Source: Amoebophrya sp. A120 (Eukaryota > Protista > Dinoflagellata). From it: 64,000 bases of DNA. Every line of letters starts with the position of its first letter. The first letter of the stretch is position 1. A program made the translations under genes and the position numbers. The stretch is from contig CAJINV010000002.1 in assembly GCA_905178155.1 (NCBI GenBank), forward strand, positions 8,513,224 through 8,577,223, written 5' to 3'. The notes under the pieces were generated by a model. The model ran no database searches, was not told the DNA's origin, and worked only from the letters and a program-made list of their open reading frames with translations. Below, in pieces: positions 62,780 through 64,000 of this stretch.

Positions 62780-64000
62780 ACTGGTGGATCTAACTTACAA
62801 GAATGTTCTTACTTGTCTCAATCCTTGTTTCGGTTTCCAAAACGACGAGAACTTCACACCTACTTGTCGACTCAATGTTGAAATATTGAACTAGCTCGTA
62901 GGCCGAATAGGTATTCAAATTCAATCATGATGATCACGAAAATCAATCATACATACACCTCCACCATGATCGATAGAAGTTACATAGGGACATGAACTCC
63001 TGTGTCATTTCAAGAATCAAACCATTGTCAGATGCCAGAATTTGAATTCCGACCAAATGGATCCATTTTGACTGACCAACACGACCGACTACTTCTACCA
63101 CTACTTCTGCCCGATATTGAATATTCCAGCACGAGAATTTAGTATTCCGCAAGAAGAGAGCCGATGGCTTGCACTGAACCGACAGATATCGATATCCTCA
63201 GTTTTCATCGAACTTGAACGCACGATCCTCGTTGCGATGATCCTTGCCATTTCAAGTTATTTCCCGTGAGATTCACGCAGGCACTACTTGTACTACTTCC
63301 ACTTCGCGAAATACCAATCAATGGATCTGAAGGCTCCGAGCCGAACATTAGAGGTGCACTCAAAATTGAGTGAGCGACAAGACTGGGCGAGACCACGACC
63401 ACAGGTGCGCGGCTTGTACGGACCTTTTGCTTTTGCTGGAGGTGGAGGAAGTGAGTATTTATGTCTTTCTTTCGTTTACGGTTTACGTTTTTGGTGACAA
63501 ATTTGTGTGAAGTGTGAGAGTGAGAGGGGCACACTCACATGAAGCCCACGTGACTGGGTATAGATACGATAAAAATAAAATGCAAGGAGCGGTTTAGATT
63601 CTAATTAGAAACAACTCGTCAGCGCTTCTTAATCAATTTCACGCTCGTCAACTTCAAGCGAATTCTTGTCCTCTCACCATAAGGCACGGAAAATGTTGCA
63701 GTCTTACCCATGATAGATATTCAAAATCATGCTCTAATTCTTTAAACTAACTACATCATACAACATTGATTCTACATCATACAAAACAGTGCTCGTCACG
63801 GAAAAACCCACCAGACCGAGCACTACATCGAAAACGGCAAAGGCAATAATTTGCTGTTCTTACAAGAAGCGGCTTCAACTTTACGATGGCTACGGCTCTT
63901 TCCAAAAAATTTTTGCTCATCTTAAGTGAGCAAAATCCTATCCTTAACAGCCTTAGGCACACAGCTGCAGCTCTCTCTTCCTGCACATTCTCCATTCATG

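Overview
Compact eukaryotic genomic DNA. All ~18 supportable genes lie on the minus strand. The window mixes short GT-AG introns with non-canonical introns and has alveolate-type proteins, which best fits a syndinian parasitic dinoflagellate such as Amoebophrya (inference). Recognisable genes: DNA ligase I, V-ATPase proteolipid c, DHHC palmitoyltransferase, an extended cytochrome c, a split PAC4-like protein, an A-T-ankyrin NRPS-like enzyme, an AGC kinase, RCE1, UTP4, a PTS1-bearing crotonase-family enzyme and a dsRBD protein. Main signal: ten exon-interrupting elements (109-318 bp) share terminal inverted repeats (TIRs) running TAT...ATA, a 5-bp direct repeat (TSD) and usually an internal GCATGACA motif. 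Removing the element plus one TSD copy restores the reading frame every time, and no GT-AG placement is possible. An intergenic 809-bp element of the same design and a 1.15-kb GC-rich TIR element indicate that these introns are non-autonomous DNA transposons (introners). No rRNA, tRNA or CRISPR array was recognised.
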